Shown here: in pieces, positions 20,755 through 31,688 of the stretch | Position numbering within the stretch: the stretch's first letter is position 1 | Layout: each line of letters starts with the position of its first letter | NCBI GenBank assembly: GCA_045047095.1 | Contig: JASFYS010000046.1 | Span: 1 to 60,211, forward strand | Length of the DNA: 60,211 nucleotides | Direction: 5' to 3' | DNA from: Desulfuromusa sp. | Lineage (GTDB): Bacteria; Desulfobacterota; Desulfuromonadia; Desulfuromonadales; Geopsychrobacteraceae | The notes under the pieces: model-generated | Told to the model about the DNA's origin: nothing | Database searches by the model: none | Seen by the model: the letters and a program-made list of their open reading frames with translations, nothing else | Translations under genes and position numbers: made by a program

Positions 20755-21273
20755 CTATTTCTTAGCTTTACTCGCATCATAAGCCTTGATCAGCTTTTCA
20801 GTCAGATCATCAACATTCTCAGCAACATAAACCAGACCGCCTTCACTCCGTTCAATAATCATGGAGTAATCACCATCCTTACCGAATTTTTGCAGAATTT
20901 CAGAGAGTTCCTTCAATATCTGCTGGGTTCGCTTTCCATCCTCTTGCTGAAGGTTGCGCTGAGCTTCCTTCTGAAATTTTTGCAGAGCTTCACCACTCTG
21001 CTGATACTCTTTTATTTTTTGTTGCTTGGCCGTATCTGAAAGGAGAGCGGCCTGCTTTTCCAGTTCACCTTTCAGCTTTAGAAACTCTCCCTGTTTGATC
21101 TTAAATTCAGTTTCATACTCTTTAGCCTGTGCAGCGATATCACTTTTTGCTTGAGCACCAGCTTTGGATAAGTTCAGAGCTTTCTGCAGGTCAACATAAG
21201 CAGTTTTTGTTGCCGCAAAAGCAGGAACAGAAAGTAAAAGTACGGCAATTAAAGCAAAAACAATTTTTTTCAT
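20755..21273 (-). CDS. skp: OmpH/Skp periplasmic chaperone
   Basis: Signal peptide, AYVDLQKAL and a coiled-coil body; lies between bamA and lpxD. Confidence 0.9.
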   Translation of the reverse strand: MKKIVFALIAVLLLSVPAFAATKTAYVDLQKALNLSKAGAQAKSDIAAQAKEYETEFKIKQGEFLKLKGELEKQAALLSDTAKQQKIKEYQQSGEALQKFQKEAQRNLQQEDGKRTQQILKELSEILQKFGKDGDYSMIIERSEGGLVYVAENVDDLTEKLIKAYDASKAKK

Positions 21274-21296
21274 GGTTTTCTCCTGTAAGTGTGCCC

Positions 21297-23537
21297 TTAA
21301 AAGGCTTTTCCTATGGTAAATTCAAATATTGACTGTTTCTCATTGTCGCGAGGTGACAGGTTGTAACCCCACTCAAACCGTAACGGTCCCATCGGACTCA
21401 GCCAGCGGATCCCAGCCCCAACGCTGTTCCTCATGTCAGAAAAATACTGATCATCATCGATCCAGGCATTACCGGTATCGTAAAATAAAACGCCCTTCAA
21501 ACCAAGGCTCTTATAAATTGGAAACAGGTATTCAAAGTTAAAATAACCCATTTTTTCACCACCGATAAAATTACCATTGCCATCAGTTGGACCAACCTCT
21601 CGATTTTCAAATCCACGGAGGGTTCGGATTCCCCCTAAGAAAAACTTTTCGGTAATTGACACATCTTCATCATCTGTTGACACAACATAACCAACCTCAC
21701 CGTGGATAGAAAAAACTGTTCCCCAGAACAAAGGGAAGAAATGTCGGTGCTCGATTATTGATTTAAGAAAATTTTCCGTGCCCCCCAACCCGGCATACTC
21801 AAGGCTCAGCTTAGTAATTCCACCGCGACTGGGATCCTGATAAAAATCGGTGCTATTGCGAATCCATTCTGTCGTCACTGAAGAAAGGGTTGTTTCACGG
21901 GCAAATATCCAAGGGTCATTGGGATCAACCGTCAACGTATTAATATTTAAAATTTCCTGTTGTTCATAGCGATAAGTCAGGAAGGCCTTGGAATTTCTGG
22001 TAACCGGGTGGCCTGTCCGGATCGATCCACCAGTACGGTGGTCGTCATAATCGTCATACTCTCTTTCCGACTTATAGACTTCGCCTCCAAGCGTCCAATT
22101 GGTATCAAGAAAGTGCGGATCACTGATGCCCAGAGAGTAGGTGGTACTGGTTGAGCCAAAAGAGCCACTCAGACTGAGACGAATTCCATAACCCATAAAG
22201 TTATCCTGGGAAAGTGATCCCTGCGCCATGAGCTTATCAGCTGATGAATACCCAAGCCCAATTGAAAAAGTACCCGTGGGTTTCTCAGTTACTTCGACAT
22301 CAAGAACGGTTTTACTCTCCTCTGAACCAGGCTTCTTGGTGACATTAACTTCATCGAAGAATCCAAGGTTACGAATCCTGCGATTTGCATCCTTAACTCT
22401 TTTGGCACTGAAAAGATTACCTTCAAGCAAGGGAATTTCCCGACGGATAACCTTGTCACGGGTTTTGGTATTACCGTTAATCTCAATCCGCTCAACAAAA
22501 ATCTGGATTCCTTGTTCCACTTCCAGATTCAGATCAATCAGGCGGAGTTTTTTATCTTTATTTGTCAAGGGGGCTACGTTTGCATAGGCATAACCATTAT
22601 CTGCATACAGATCTGTCAACGCCAAAATACTATCACGTAACACCTCGCGGCCAAAAACATCTCCAGGGTGCAACTTAACCAACTTCAACAGCTGCTCCTC
22701 TGGATACATCAAGTCGCCCGAAACAGTCACCTTCCCAACTTTGTACTGTACCCCTTCATCAATTTCTATCAAAATATCCAGAGCCTTATCTTCAACCAGG
22801 GAAACCTGAGCTGGCTTAACCTTAACGTCCTGATAACCGACATCATGGTATGCAGCTTTAATCCTTTCGATATCAAGATCCATGGTCTCTTCAAGATAAG
22901 CCCCTCTATCAGTAATCCAGGACAGGAACCAGCGTTCTTTGGTTTCAATTTTTTTAAGTAAATCCCCTTTATCAAAAACAGTATTGCCAACAAATTTAAT
23001 ATCCCGAATGAGAACCTTTTTCCCCTCATTGATTTTGAAAGTAAGGGTCGCTTCATTCTTAATATCGGTTTGCAGTTCTGGCTCTATTTTTGCGGCATGG
23101 TAACCGTCTTCAATATAGGCATTTTTAATCTCCAGGATACTCTCGTCAACTTTGGTTCGACTGTATATCGAAGGGGTTCTGACCTTCACAAGAGGGCGTA
23201 ATTTTTCCTTTGAAAGCTCATCATTGCCAATGAATTCGATTTTACGCACTAAGGGCAACTCTTTGACCACAAAAGTGAGGATTTTTGCTCCCTGCACCTC
23301 GGTCAACTCTGCAGAGACATCCTCAAAGCGCCCCAAAGCAAAGATACTATGTAACGCCTCATCAATTTTTTCTAAAGAAGTTTGATCCCCAGGCTTAATA
23401 GCAATTGCGGCCAGGATTGAAGATGTCTCAATCCGGCTGTTCCCCTCAATTTGGATATCAGAGACTTTAATTTCCTGGGCAGCAGAAAAAATGGCAATGC
23501 TTAGCAGAAAAAGTGTCAGTAGCGCTTTTTTCAACAT
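21297..23537 (-). CDS. bamA: Outer membrane protein assembly factor BamA
   Basis: POTRA repeats (GNTKTRDKVIRRE), LRGF motif, SPMGPLRF, C-terminal Phe. Confidence 0.95.
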   Translation of the reverse strand: MLKKALLTLFLLSIAIFSAAQEIKVSDIQIEGNSRIETSSILAAIAIKPGDQTSLEKIDEALHSIFALGRFEDVSAELTEVQGAKILTFVVKELPLVRKIEFIGNDELSKEKLRPLVKVRTPSIYSRTKVDESILEIKNAYIEDGYHAAKIEPELQTDIKNEATLTFKINEGKKVLIRDIKFVGNTVFDKGDLLKKIETKERWFLSWITDRGAYLEETMDLDIERIKAAYHDVGYQDVKVKPAQVSLVEDKALDILIEIDEGVQYKVGKVTVSGDLMYPEEQLLKLVKLHPGDVFGREVLRDSILALTDLYADNGYAYANVAPLTNKDKKLRLIDLNLEVEQGIQIFVERIEINGNTKTRDKVIRREIPLLEGNLFSAKRVKDANRRIRNLGFFDEVNVTKKPGSEESKTVLDVEVTEKPTGTFSIGLGYSSADKLMAQGSLSQDNFMGYGIRLSLSGSFGSTSTTYSLGISDPHFLDTNWTLGGEVYKSEREYDDYDDHRTGGSIRTGHPVTRNSKAFLTYRYEQQEILNINTLTVDPNDPWIFARETTLSSVTTEWIRNSTDFYQDPSRGGITKLSLEYAGLGGTENFLKSIIEHRHFFPLFWGTVFSIHGEVGYVVSTDDEDVSITEKFFLGGIRTLRGFENREVGPTDGNGNFIGGEKMGYFNFEYLFPIYKSLGLKGVLFYDTGNAWIDDDQYFSDMRNSVGAGIRWLSPMGPLRFEWGYNLSPRDNEKQSIFEFTIGKAF

Positions 23538-23597
23538 CTAGTAACCCTCAGCATAGAAAACATAAAAGAGTGATTATAAAAAATTGCATTAAGAACT

Positions 23598-24290
23598 TCA
23601 ATTTAAAATATCCCCGGCAAGAATACCGTCTTCAATCCGCAATGTCCGGTCGAGGCTATTGGCCAAAGAAATATTATGGGTAACGATAATCATAGTGAGA
23701 CCACGAGCTTGATGCATCCGGTTCAGTAGTAGCATAATTTCATCAGAAATACGGCTATCCAAATTACCAGTTGGCTCATCAGCCAACAACAGTTGGGGTT
23801 CACGAATGAGAGCCCGTGCAATAGCAACGCGCTGTTGCTCTCCCCCCGACAAAGCTCCCGGTTTGTGTGTCAGACGCGTCTCTAAACCAACTTCAGCTAA
23901 AATCGCTGTCGCTCTCCGTAGCGCATCTGTGCGTCTGACACCACCAATCAGAAGCGGCATCATAACATTTTCAACCGCGGTAAATTCTGGTAATAACTGG
24001 TGAAACTGAAACACAAACCCCACGGTGCGATTTCGGAAAGCATCAAGTTCTGCACCGCGCAAAGCAAAAAGGCTGTCACCTTCAAACCGGACATCACCAG
24101 AGGTAGGACGATCCAGTCCGCCAAGAATATGCATCAGGGTTGTTTTTCCAGCGCCAGAAGTCCCGACAACCGCAACCCGCTCACCAGCACAGATTTTCAG
24201 GTTAATGCCGCGAAGCACCTCAATTATTCCACCAGGAGTCGTGAAGTTTTTACCCAAGCCGACAACTTCAATCATCGCCCTATCATTCAT
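23598..24290 (-). CDS. lolD: Lipoprotein-releasing ABC ATPase
   Basis: GTSGAGKT, VFQFHQLLPEF, LSGGEQQRVAIARA, ADEPTGNLD. Confidence 0.9.
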   Translation of the reverse strand: MNDRAMIEVVGLGKNFTTPGGIIEVLRGINLKICAGERVAVVGTSGAGKTTLMHILGGLDRPTSGDVRFEGDSLFALRGAELDAFRNRTVGFVFQFHQLLPEFTAVENVMMPLLIGGVRRTDALRRATAILAEVGLETRLTHKPGALSGGEQQRVAIARALIREPQLLLADEPTGNLDSRISDEIMLLLNRMHQARGLTMIIVTHNISLANSLDRTLRIEDGILAGDILN

Positions 24291-24306
24291 AATAATCTCG
24301 CAAAAA

Positions 24307-24430
24307 ATGGCTCAGCAAGAATTCCGGCCGCCAAAACGGAGTAGATTTTCGGGGGCGAAGACATCCATATATATGTCGGGATCCTGAACAGCTGCTGCAA
24401 CGCCGGAGGTCGGACTTTTTGCGACGCCAT
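24307..24430. repeat. ~124-bp imperfect inverted-repeat element (REP/MITE-like) filling the lolE-lolD gap
   Basis: Left end ATGGCTCAGCAAGAATTCCGGCC versus reverse complement of the right end ATGGCGTCGCAAAAAGTCCGACC; inner GACAT..ATGTC stem. Confidence 0.55.
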
Positions 24431-25681
24431 TCATTCATAGCGCAACGCTTCGGTTGGATCCATGCGTGAAGCCCGCCAGGCTGGATAGATGGTTGCCAGC
24501 AAGCAAATACTCATTGCCATTATCACCACAATAACCACATCACTAAAAATGATATCCGCAGGAAAATGTTCCATTCCGTAGACAGTCTGATCAAAGATAC
24601 GGATATTAAAGGTGCGCTCGAGAAACTTAATAGCAACGTCCGCATAGTTTGCCAGGAAAACCCCTAATACTGCGCCCAGTCCGGTTCCGAGGGTTCCGAT
24701 GATAAAACCTTCCATGATAAATATTTTCATAATACTGCGGGCATTGGCACCCATGGCTCTCAATATAGCAATATCCCGATTTTTTTCCATCACCACCATG
24801 ATCAGTGTTGTCGCAATATTAAAAGCAGCAACCAGCACGATAATCCCCAAGATAATAAATAGACCTAGTTTTTCCAGTTTTAATGCTGACAGAAAAGAGC
24901 CATAGATACTCTGCCAGGGGCGAATAACGGTGGGAAATTCAAATTGAGAACGCAGAGAATCAGCAACCTGGGGAGCCCGATCATAACGATCGACTTCCAG
25001 CTCGATACCGCTGACAATCCCTTCTAGATCAAAAAATTTCTGTGCAACAGCTAAAGGGATATAAGCATTAAAGCTATCCACCAGACTGCTCTGTTTTTCA
25101 AAAATAGCGACCACTTGAAATGGTTTCATCTTCGGGATCATCCCGAAAGGAGTCATGGTAAATAATGGCGGGATAACATTTATGGAGTCACCGACAGCAA
25201 CCCCCAGACTGCTGGCCGTATCCAGTCCGATAATAATTCCAGGGCGATCCACTGCCACAGAAAAGAACTGCTCAGCCGCTGGCTGACCGTCCAAGGTCAG
25301 TAACGGTTGAGAAAAAATTTTATGCTCCGGGTCAATCCCCTTGACACTGACCGCCGAGACATTTCCATGGGACAACAACATTGCTTCTTTAGAAACAAAA
25401 GGGGTGGCAGAGAGAACATGTGGTGTCTTTTTTGCGGCTTCGATAAGCTCTTGTGAGTTACTGATCCCTTCACCAAAGCGCTGCATCAAAACGTGCGGAA
25501 CATTACCAAGGATCTGTTGCCGCACACCATCGGAAAAACCCGTCATCACCGCAAGCACCAGAATCAGAGCCGCAACGCCAAGGGTTACCCCGGCAATCGA
25601 GATAAAGGATATGACTGAAATAAAAGTCTGCTTTCGCTTGGCACGCAAATAGCGAAGGCTGATAAACCATTCGTAAGACAT
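24431..25681 (-). CDS. lolE: Lipoprotein-releasing ABC permease LolC/E
   Basis: RYLRAKRKQ, GVTLGVAALILVLAVMTGF, IAILRAMGA, YPAWRA...LRYE. Confidence 0.9.
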   Translation of the reverse strand: MSYEWFISLRYLRAKRKQTFISVISFISIAGVTLGVAALILVLAVMTGFSDGVRQQILGNVPHVLMQRFGEGISNSQELIEAAKKTPHVLSATPFVSKEAMLLSHGNVSAVSVKGIDPEHKIFSQPLLTLDGQPAAEQFFSVAVDRPGIIIGLDTASSLGVAVGDSINVIPPLFTMTPFGMIPKMKPFQVVAIFEKQSSLVDSFNAYIPLAVAQKFFDLEGIVSGIELEVDRYDRAPQVADSLRSQFEFPTVIRPWQSIYGSFLSALKLEKLGLFIILGIIVLVAAFNIATTLIMVVMEKNRDIAILRAMGANARSIMKIFIMEGFIIGTLGTGLGAVLGVFLANYADVAIKFLERTFNIRIFDQTVYGMEHFPADIIFSDVVIVVIMAMSICLLATIYPAWRASRMDPTEALRYE

Positions 25682-25696
25682 TATTATCCGTCTGGG

Positions 25697-27178
25697 TTAA
25701 ATTTCAGGACGCAGTTGAGGAAACAGAATCACATCACGAATTGAAGCTGAATTTGTTAACAGCATCACCAGGCGATCGATGCCGATTCCTTCGCCTGCCG
25801 TCGGTGGCAAACCATATTCTAGAGCACGGATGTAATCCTCATCCATGCCGTGGGCTTCTTCGTCACCAGCCGCTTTCTCTTCCAGTTGCTGCAAAAACCG
25901 TTCTTTCTGATCCAAGGGATTATTCAGCTCGGAAAAAGCATTTGCCAATTCACGACCAACAATAAACAACTCAAACCGATCAACGACATCAGGGTTTAGA
26001 TCGTTTTTGCGCGACAATGGTGAGATCTCGGTTGGATATTCAGTAATAAAGGTCGGTTGCCAAAGCTTTGGTTCAACCACTTCATCAAATATTTCTGCAA
26101 GCAACTTGCCATGACTGATGCGGTCATCCAATTCGAGACCAAGCTCTTTGGCATAGGCAAATGATTGATCTCGATCTTCCAGAACAGTCATGTCAGCAGA
26201 ACCGTACTTAATGATTGATTCCTTCAAAGTTAAACGGTCCCACGGCGGAGTCAGATCAACCTCTTTTTCTCCATAAGGAATGAGCAGACTTCCACAAACC
26301 TTGTTGGTGACATGGCAGATCAATTCTTCAGTAAAGTCCATCATGTCATTATAGTTTGCGTACGCCCGGTAAAATTCCATCATCGTAAATTCAGGGTTAT
26401 GCTGGATTGAAATCCCTTCATTGCGGAAATTTCGGTTGATCTCGAAGACCCGATCAAAACCGCCGACGACCAATCGCTTCAAATAAAGTTCTGGGGCAAT
26501 CCGCAGGAACAGATCCATTTTCAGCGTATTATGGTGGGTAACAAATGGCTTGGCTGTTGCTCCTCCAGCGATGGGGTGCATCATTGGTGTTTCAACTTCC
26601 AGATAATCACTCTCAAGCATATATTCGCGGATCAAATTAACAATCCGGCTACGCTTGCGAAACACCTCACGCACTTCAGGATTGACAATCAAATCAAGAT
26701 AGCGCTGGCGATAACGGGTTTCTACATCGGTCAAACCATGCCATTTCTCGGGCAGTGGTAAAAGAGACTTGGTCAGTAAACGAATCTCAGCGGCGCGGAT
26801 CGAAAGTTCGTCAGTTTTGGTGCGGAAGGGAGAACCGGAGACCCCGATAATATCACCAATGTCAAACTTCTTGAAGGTCTCGAAAACATCTTCCCCAACC
26901 TGATTGCGGGCAACATAAATCTGAATTCGACCACTACCATCCTGCAACTGTAAAAAAGCCGCCTTACCGAAGTCGCGGCAAGCCATAATACGCCCACCAA
27001 TACGATAAGTGACATCCAGCTCTTCCAGGTTCTGTTTATCATCGGTGGCATGCGCATCAAGCACCTGCTGAGCATTATGTGTGACTACAAAATCATTAGC
27101 AAAAGGGTTGACACCGGCAGCCTGGTAACTTTCAACTTTGGCTCGCCGCTGTTGCAATAATTCGTTCAGTTCTTCCAT
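25697..27178 (-). CDS. lysS: Lysine--tRNA ligase (class II)
   Basis: [33 protein letters not shown]. Confidence 0.97.
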   Translation of the reverse strand: MEELNELLQQRRAKVESYQAAGVNPFANDFVVTHNAQQVLDAHATDDKQNLEELDVTYRIGGRIMACRDFGKAAFLQLQDGSGRIQIYVARNQVGEDVFETFKKFDIGDIIGVSGSPFRTKTDELSIRAAEIRLLTKSLLPLPEKWHGLTDVETRYRQRYLDLIVNPEVREVFRKRSRIVNLIREYMLESDYLEVETPMMHPIAGGATAKPFVTHHNTLKMDLFLRIAPELYLKRLVVGGFDRVFEINRNFRNEGISIQHNPEFTMMEFYRAYANYNDMMDFTEELICHVTNKVCGSLLIPYGEKEVDLTPPWDRLTLKESIIKYGSADMTVLEDRDQSFAYAKELGLELDDRISHGKLLAEIFDEVVEPKLWQPTFITEYPTEISPLSRKNDLNPDVVDRFELFIVGRELANAFSELNNPLDQKERFLQQLEEKAAGDEEAHGMDEDYIRALEYGLPPTAGEGIGIDRLVMLLTNSASIRDVILFPQLRPEI

Positions 27179-27342
27179 GATTTTCAATCCTTGATAGCTT
27201 AAATTTGGAGTCGCACGATAACCTCAGAACCCAAGGTTCGTCAAGGCAGAAAGCCTTTCCAAAGGTTACAAGGTGTCAATATCAATGGACACCGGAGATA
27301 TCGGCAGAAATGAAGCTCTGAATCAACCCTGAAAAACAGCCA

Positions 27343-27753
27343 TTACAACTTTTCGAATGCAGTCAGAACCTCACGAAACTCAGATGGCATACGACATGGT
27401 TTACGCGTTTGATAGTTGAAGCAAACCAGCGGGGTCTCCCCCTCTGCAGTCAACTCAGCGTCACGTTCAATACGATATTCCAGCACCCAACTGGAACGTT
27501 TCAACCCCTTTGATTTAACCCTGATACTTAACTGATCGCCGAGAAACATTTCTTTACGATAAAAAATATGCGCTTCCGGCATAATGATTCCGCAACCTCC
27601 GAGATCGACTTCAGAGTAGGGTCCAAGGCTTGCCAGATATGCGATTCGGGCATCTTGAAAAAAGTTCAGGACTGCTGAATTAGCAACATGTCCACCGTAA
27701 TTGATATCAGCAACACCAACACGGTAGGGAAATTGAAAAAAGAAATTATTCAT
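27343..27753 (-). CDS. 4HBT/YbgC-like acyl-CoA thioesterase
   Basis: DINYGGHVAN...FQDAR. True start is MNNFF at 27753 (GAAGGT RBS); the longer track ORF overlaps mutM. Confidence 0.85.
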   Translation of the reverse strand: MNNFFFQFPYRVGVADINYGGHVANSAVLNFFQDARIAYLASLGPYSEVDLGGCGIIMPEAHIFYRKEMFLGDQLSIRVKSKGLKRSSWVLEYRIERDAELTAEGETPLVCFNYQTRKPCRMPSEFREVLTAFEKL

Positions 27754-27799
27754 TTGACCTTCACCATACAGACAGGGCTGAAAAATACGATGGGAGCCA

Positions 27800-28615
27800 T
27801 CAAGTCTGACAACTTGAGCAGTAAAAGGTCGAGCGTTGCCCCAACCTCTGACTGAGAATGGGTAACCCACAAACAACGCAGGAGGCGCCACTGCGTCCAT
27901 AAACCTGCAATTGTTGAGAAAAATAACCCGGCTTACCGTCTGCCTGGCTAAAATCATTGATGGTTGTGCCACCAGCGATGATGGCTTGGTGGAGAATCTT
28001 CTTAATTGCGCTTGCTAAATCTTCATAACGTTTCAGGCCGACCCTTCCCGCAGCGCAATCAGGGCGGATTCCCGCACCAAACAGCGCTTCATTAGCGTAA
28101 ATATTACCCACCCCGACAACCGTCTTTTGATCCATTATAAACTGCTTGACTGACTGTTTCTTCCCTTTGGCGACAGCATTGAGAGAGCCCCCACTAAAGG
28201 CATCAGTCAGTGGCTCAGGGCCAAGGTTATGAAGCAATTTATGGCTATAGGGATCAGCATCGGTATAAATAAATGCGCCAAATTTACGTGGGTCAGTCAA
28301 TCTGAGACACTGGCCATCGGTAAAAATCAGGTCTACATGATCGTGCTTCTGTTCCGTTGTTCCCGCCGGGACGATCCGCAAACTTCCAGACATTCCCAAA
28401 TGTATTATTATTGTTCCCCGATCACAGAACAATAACAGGTACTTGGCGCGACGTTCAAGTTTACGTATTTTCTGCTGAGGAAGTCGCTGGCAAAGAACCG
28501 GATCAAGAGGCCAGCGCAACTTAGCAGTACGAAAGACACACTCAAGGATGGTGCGATCAGTTATATGGGGAGCAATTCCGCGTAGAGTCGTTTCAACTTC
28601 AGGTAATTCAGGCAT
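27800..28615 (-). CDS. mutM: Formamidopyrimidine-DNA glycosylase
   Basis: MPELPEVET, HLGMSG, GVGNIYANE, C-terminal Zn finger. Confidence 0.97.
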   Translation of the reverse strand: MPELPEVETTLRGIAPHITDRTILECVFRTAKLRWPLDPVLCQRLPQQKIRKLERRAKYLLLFCDRGTIIIHLGMSGSLRIVPAGTTEQKHDHVDLIFTDGQCLRLTDPRKFGAFIYTDADPYSHKLLHNLGPEPLTDAFSGGSLNAVAKGKKQSVKQFIMDQKTVVGVGNIYANEALFGAGIRPDCAAGRVGLKRYEDLASAIKKILHQAIIAGGTTINDFSQADGKPGYFSQQLQVYGRSGASCVVCGLPILSQRLGQRSTFYCSSCQT

Positions 28616-28705
28616 AGTAAGCTCAGAAAATAAGCAGTTTAGGTTGGAGGTTGTTAGTTTTAAACCCTAACAAGCTAAACGTCTTCAACCTATTTTTTGC
28701 TGTTT

Positions 28706-29113
28706 TCAAAAACAGATCTTTTGGTCAACATTATCAAAATGGTGAAAATCAATTTTTTCAGGAACCCCGGGATAATCTTCTATTCCCAACTTCTGAGCTG
28801 AGTGATAACGCCACCCAGTAGCAGTTTTAATCAATAGAGCTAATTCATAAAAAAACCGAGAAGAAACTGCAGCCACAATCTCCATCACCAGAAGTACTTC
28901 TATTTGCTTTTCATCAAGCACCCGCTGGCGCAAACAACGCCAATTTATAATTGCAATAGAGCCCAACTGCTGTTGGGCGAACTGTATATACGAGCTTCGA
29001 TCACTAAACTGCTGGCGCAAGGGGGCATCATCATGATAGCTGTCATAGAGGGCAACATAGTTGCCAGCACTTAAAGCAGAAAAACGGGTCTCTAAAAGTT
29101 GTTGCACAGTCAT
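28706..29113 (-). CDS. YchJ-like (NTF2-fold) protein
   Basis: LLETRFSA...SYH...WRYHSA resembles the YchJ core; no SEC-C motif. Confidence 0.55.
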   Translation of the reverse strand: MTVQQLLETRFSALSAGNYVALYDSYHDDAPLRQQFSDRSSYIQFAQQQLGSIAIINWRCLRQRVLDEKQIEVLLVMEIVAAVSSRFFYELALLIKTATGWRYHSAQKLGIEDYPGVPEKIDFHHFDNVDQKICF

Positions 29114-29964
29114 TCCTTTAACCTCGGATCCAGCGCATCACGAATTCCTTCACCCAGAAGATTATAACCCAGGACAGTTATCAGAATTGCCAAGCCGGGG
29201 AAAACCGATAACCACCAGGCGCTACCAAGGGTTTGTTTACCGATAATCAACATATTTCCCCACGAGGGGGTCGGCGGCTGCACCCCAATGCCAAGAAATG
29301 AGAGGGCACTTTCAGTTAGAATCGCTCCGGCAACTCCGAGAGTGGCAGACACCAGCACCGGCGACATCGCATTCGGTAAAATATGGCGGAAAATAAGTCG
29401 CAGATCTGAGGCTCCAAGTGCCTGCGCGGCAAGAACAAAATCACGCTGACGCAAACTGAGAAACTCAGCCCTGATCAAACGAGCCACTCCCATCCAACTG
29501 GTCAGTCCAATCACAATCATGATATTCCAGATAGATGGATCAAGAAACGCTATCACCGCCAGAATCAGAAAAAATGTAGGAAAGCACAGCATGATGTCGA
29601 CAAATCGCATCACCAGAGCATCAACCCAACCGCCATAATATCCAGCTAAAGAACCTAAAACAATACCAATCAGGGTTGAAATACCGACCGCGACAAAACC
29701 GACGAGCAATGAAATCCGGGCACCGTAAAGCATTCGGATCAGCACTTCACGTCCTAAATCGTCCGTTCCAAGGGGATGATTTATACTCGGCGGTAGTAGA
29801 CTTTGACCAATATCTATAGCCGCGGGATCCACGCCACTGAATGAAGCGACAGCAGCCATCAGAAACATAATCGAAACGATTCCGCCACCGACCAGTGCCA
29901 TACGATTATGACGTAACTGCCGCCAAACAACATCAAAAAGAAAAGTCCGTCGAGATCGCAACAT
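29110..29964 (-). CDS. Peptide/nickel ABC transporter permease (OppC/AppC-like)
   Basis: HPLGTDDLGR, HILPNA, ESALSFLGIGVQPPTPSWG. Confidence 0.9.
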   Translation of the reverse strand: MLRSRRTFLFDVVWRQLRHNRMALVGGGIVSIMFLMAAVASFSGVDPAAIDIGQSLLPPSINHPLGTDDLGREVLIRMLYGARISLLVGFVAVGISTLIGIVLGSLAGYYGGWVDALVMRFVDIMLCFPTFFLILAVIAFLDPSIWNIMIVIGLTSWMGVARLIRAEFLSLRQRDFVLAAQALGASDLRLIFRHILPNAMSPVLVSATLGVAGAILTESALSFLGIGVQPPTPSWGNMLIIGKQTLGSAWWLSVFPGLAILITVLGYNLLGEGIRDALDPRLKE

Positions 29965-29966
29965 AA

Positions 29967-30581
29967 TCAGTTAAATTTTACCCGTTCAACATCAAGCGCA
30001 CTCAAGACACCCTTTTCTTTCAGGACATCAAGCAGTCGATCAAGTCGCGGATCATTGGCAGAAACCTCTGAGAAATCCACTGCACCATAGTCGATAACAC
30101 TCGGTTCGACCTCTGGCTCAGGTGGTTTTGGTGTCTCTTTGGGCGCGTTATTTTTGATCGCCTGGCTAATTTCATCTTCTATCGCCAACACCGGAATTAT
30201 TTTACATCCGGTGGCAAACTGCAGATCGTCAACCAGTTTAAGGTTGGTTGGATCAGTCATGGCCACACGTAACAACTTCTCATTACCGGTTTTACGTAAT
30301 TCAATCGGAATCACCATCAATTCCATCAGCCGTTCAACTGACAATAGCGCCATAAGCTCCCTAGGGATTTCTAATTCCTGCAAAGAAACCCGGGAATATT
30401 TCACCTGCGACTCCAGAAATTCCAAGATAGTCTCTTCAGGAAGATAGCCAAGTTTAACCAGAGCGCTACCAATCCGGCCACCCAGATTCCGCTGCATAGA
30501 AAGAGCTGAATCAAGTTGAAACTGATCGATCAGACCAGCCTCCAATAACATTTCTCCCAAACGATTTGCATTAACTTGCAT
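29967..30581 (-). CDS. Stand-alone MshEN (T2SSE_N) domain protein, putative c-di-GMP receptor
   Basis: RLGEMLLEAGLIDQFQLDSALSMQ followed by RIGSALVKLGYL...LESQ and VAMTDP; no ATPase domain. Confidence 0.8.
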   Translation of the reverse strand: MQVNANRLGEMLLEAGLIDQFQLDSALSMQRNLGGRIGSALVKLGYLPEETILEFLESQVKYSRVSLQELEIPRELMALLSVERLMELMVIPIELRKTGNEKLLRVAMTDPTNLKLVDDLQFATGCKIIPVLAIEDEISQAIKNNAPKETPKPPEPEVEPSVIDYGAVDFSEVSANDPRLDRLLDVLKEKGVLSALDVERVKFN

Positions 30582-30611
30582 AGTGCCCCCTGTATTTCAA
30601 AATTTTCAGCA

Positions 30612-31607
30612 TCAGGCTGACCCCCCGCCCTGGTGACTGTGACGAATACGCGGATCAGCCAGAGCATAACAGATATCTGCCAAGAGATTCCCAAGCAATG
30701 TCAGCACAGCGCCCATCACCAGAATCCCCATAATCAACGGATAGTCCCGCATCATAACACCATCGTAAAAAAGTTTTCCCATCCCCGGAATGGCAAAAAT
30801 AGTTTCAAAAATAACACTCCCACCAATTAATCCGGGAACCGAAAGCCCGAGGATAGTAATAACTGGAAGCAATGCATTGCGTAACGCATGTTTATAAATC
30901 ACCGTCCGTTCTGACAGCCCCTTTGCCCGGGCAGTGAGGATATAATCCTGGCGGATCACCTCAAGCATATTAGAACGCATATAACGGGAAAACCCTGCCA
31001 ACCCACCGATCGCAGAGACAAAAACTGGCAGGATTAAGTGATTGATCCGGTCGATTAGTTGTCCACCCCAGCTTAAATATTCATAACCGAGGGATTTCAA
31101 CCCGGAAACCGGCAACAAGCCCAGGCGGACGCCGAACCAATCCATCAGTAGCAATGCCAGCCAGAAAGAGGGCATGGCAAAACCAGTAAAGACCAAAATC
31201 GTAGTCGTACGATCAAAACCTGAATTCCGTTGAATTGCGGAAAGAATCCCCAGTGGAATAGAAACGGCAAGGATCAAAATAATCGAGAGCGAATTGAGTA
31301 AAATAGTAACCGGTAATCGTTCCAGCACTTTATCCAGAACCGGCCTGCGGTCGGTCGCAAAAGATTCGCCAAAATCGAGTTGCACCAAACGTGACAACCA
31401 CTTTCCATATTGGACGTAAAGAGGTTGATCAAGTCCATATTGAGACCGGAGTCGCTGTTGCAGCTCAGAACTGACTTGTGGATTGAGCTGCGTTTGCATA
31501 TCCGTCGGTTCTCCCGGTGCCAGATGGATCACGACAAAAGAAATCAGTGTGATCCCCAACAATAACGGGATAAGCAACAACAGACGTTTCGCAATATAGC
31601 TCAGCAT
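30612..31607 (-). CDS. Peptide/nickel ABC transporter permease (OppB/AppB-like)
   Basis: [27 protein letters not shown]. Confidence 0.9.
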   Translation of the reverse strand: MLSYIAKRLLLLIPLLLGITLISFVVIHLAPGEPTDMQTQLNPQVSSELQQRLRSQYGLDQPLYVQYGKWLSRLVQLDFGESFATDRRPVLDKVLERLPVTILLNSLSIILILAVSIPLGILSAIQRNSGFDRTTTILVFTGFAMPSFWLALLLMDWFGVRLGLLPVSGLKSLGYEYLSWGGQLIDRINHLILPVFVSAIGGLAGFSRYMRSNMLEVIRQDYILTARAKGLSERTVIYKHALRNALLPVITILGLSVPGLIGGSVIFETIFAIPGMGKLFYDGVMMRDYPLIMGILVMGAVLTLLGNLLADICYALADPRIRHSHQGGGSA

Positions 31608-31688
31608 ACGATAAATACTCTCGCAAAAAACGACTAATCACCTGAACCGCAATAGGTTATCGGCTGGTCATATACAACATCAGTAAAA

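Noticed and set aside
27754-27972. 73-aa N-terminal extension of the thioesterase
   Set aside because: Overlaps mutM; a good RBS and ATG exist at 27753
28636-28691. Imperfect hairpin with AGGTTGG/AGGTTGT units upstream of mutM
   Set aside because: Too short and degenerate to call; could be a weak terminator or heptamer-repeat relic
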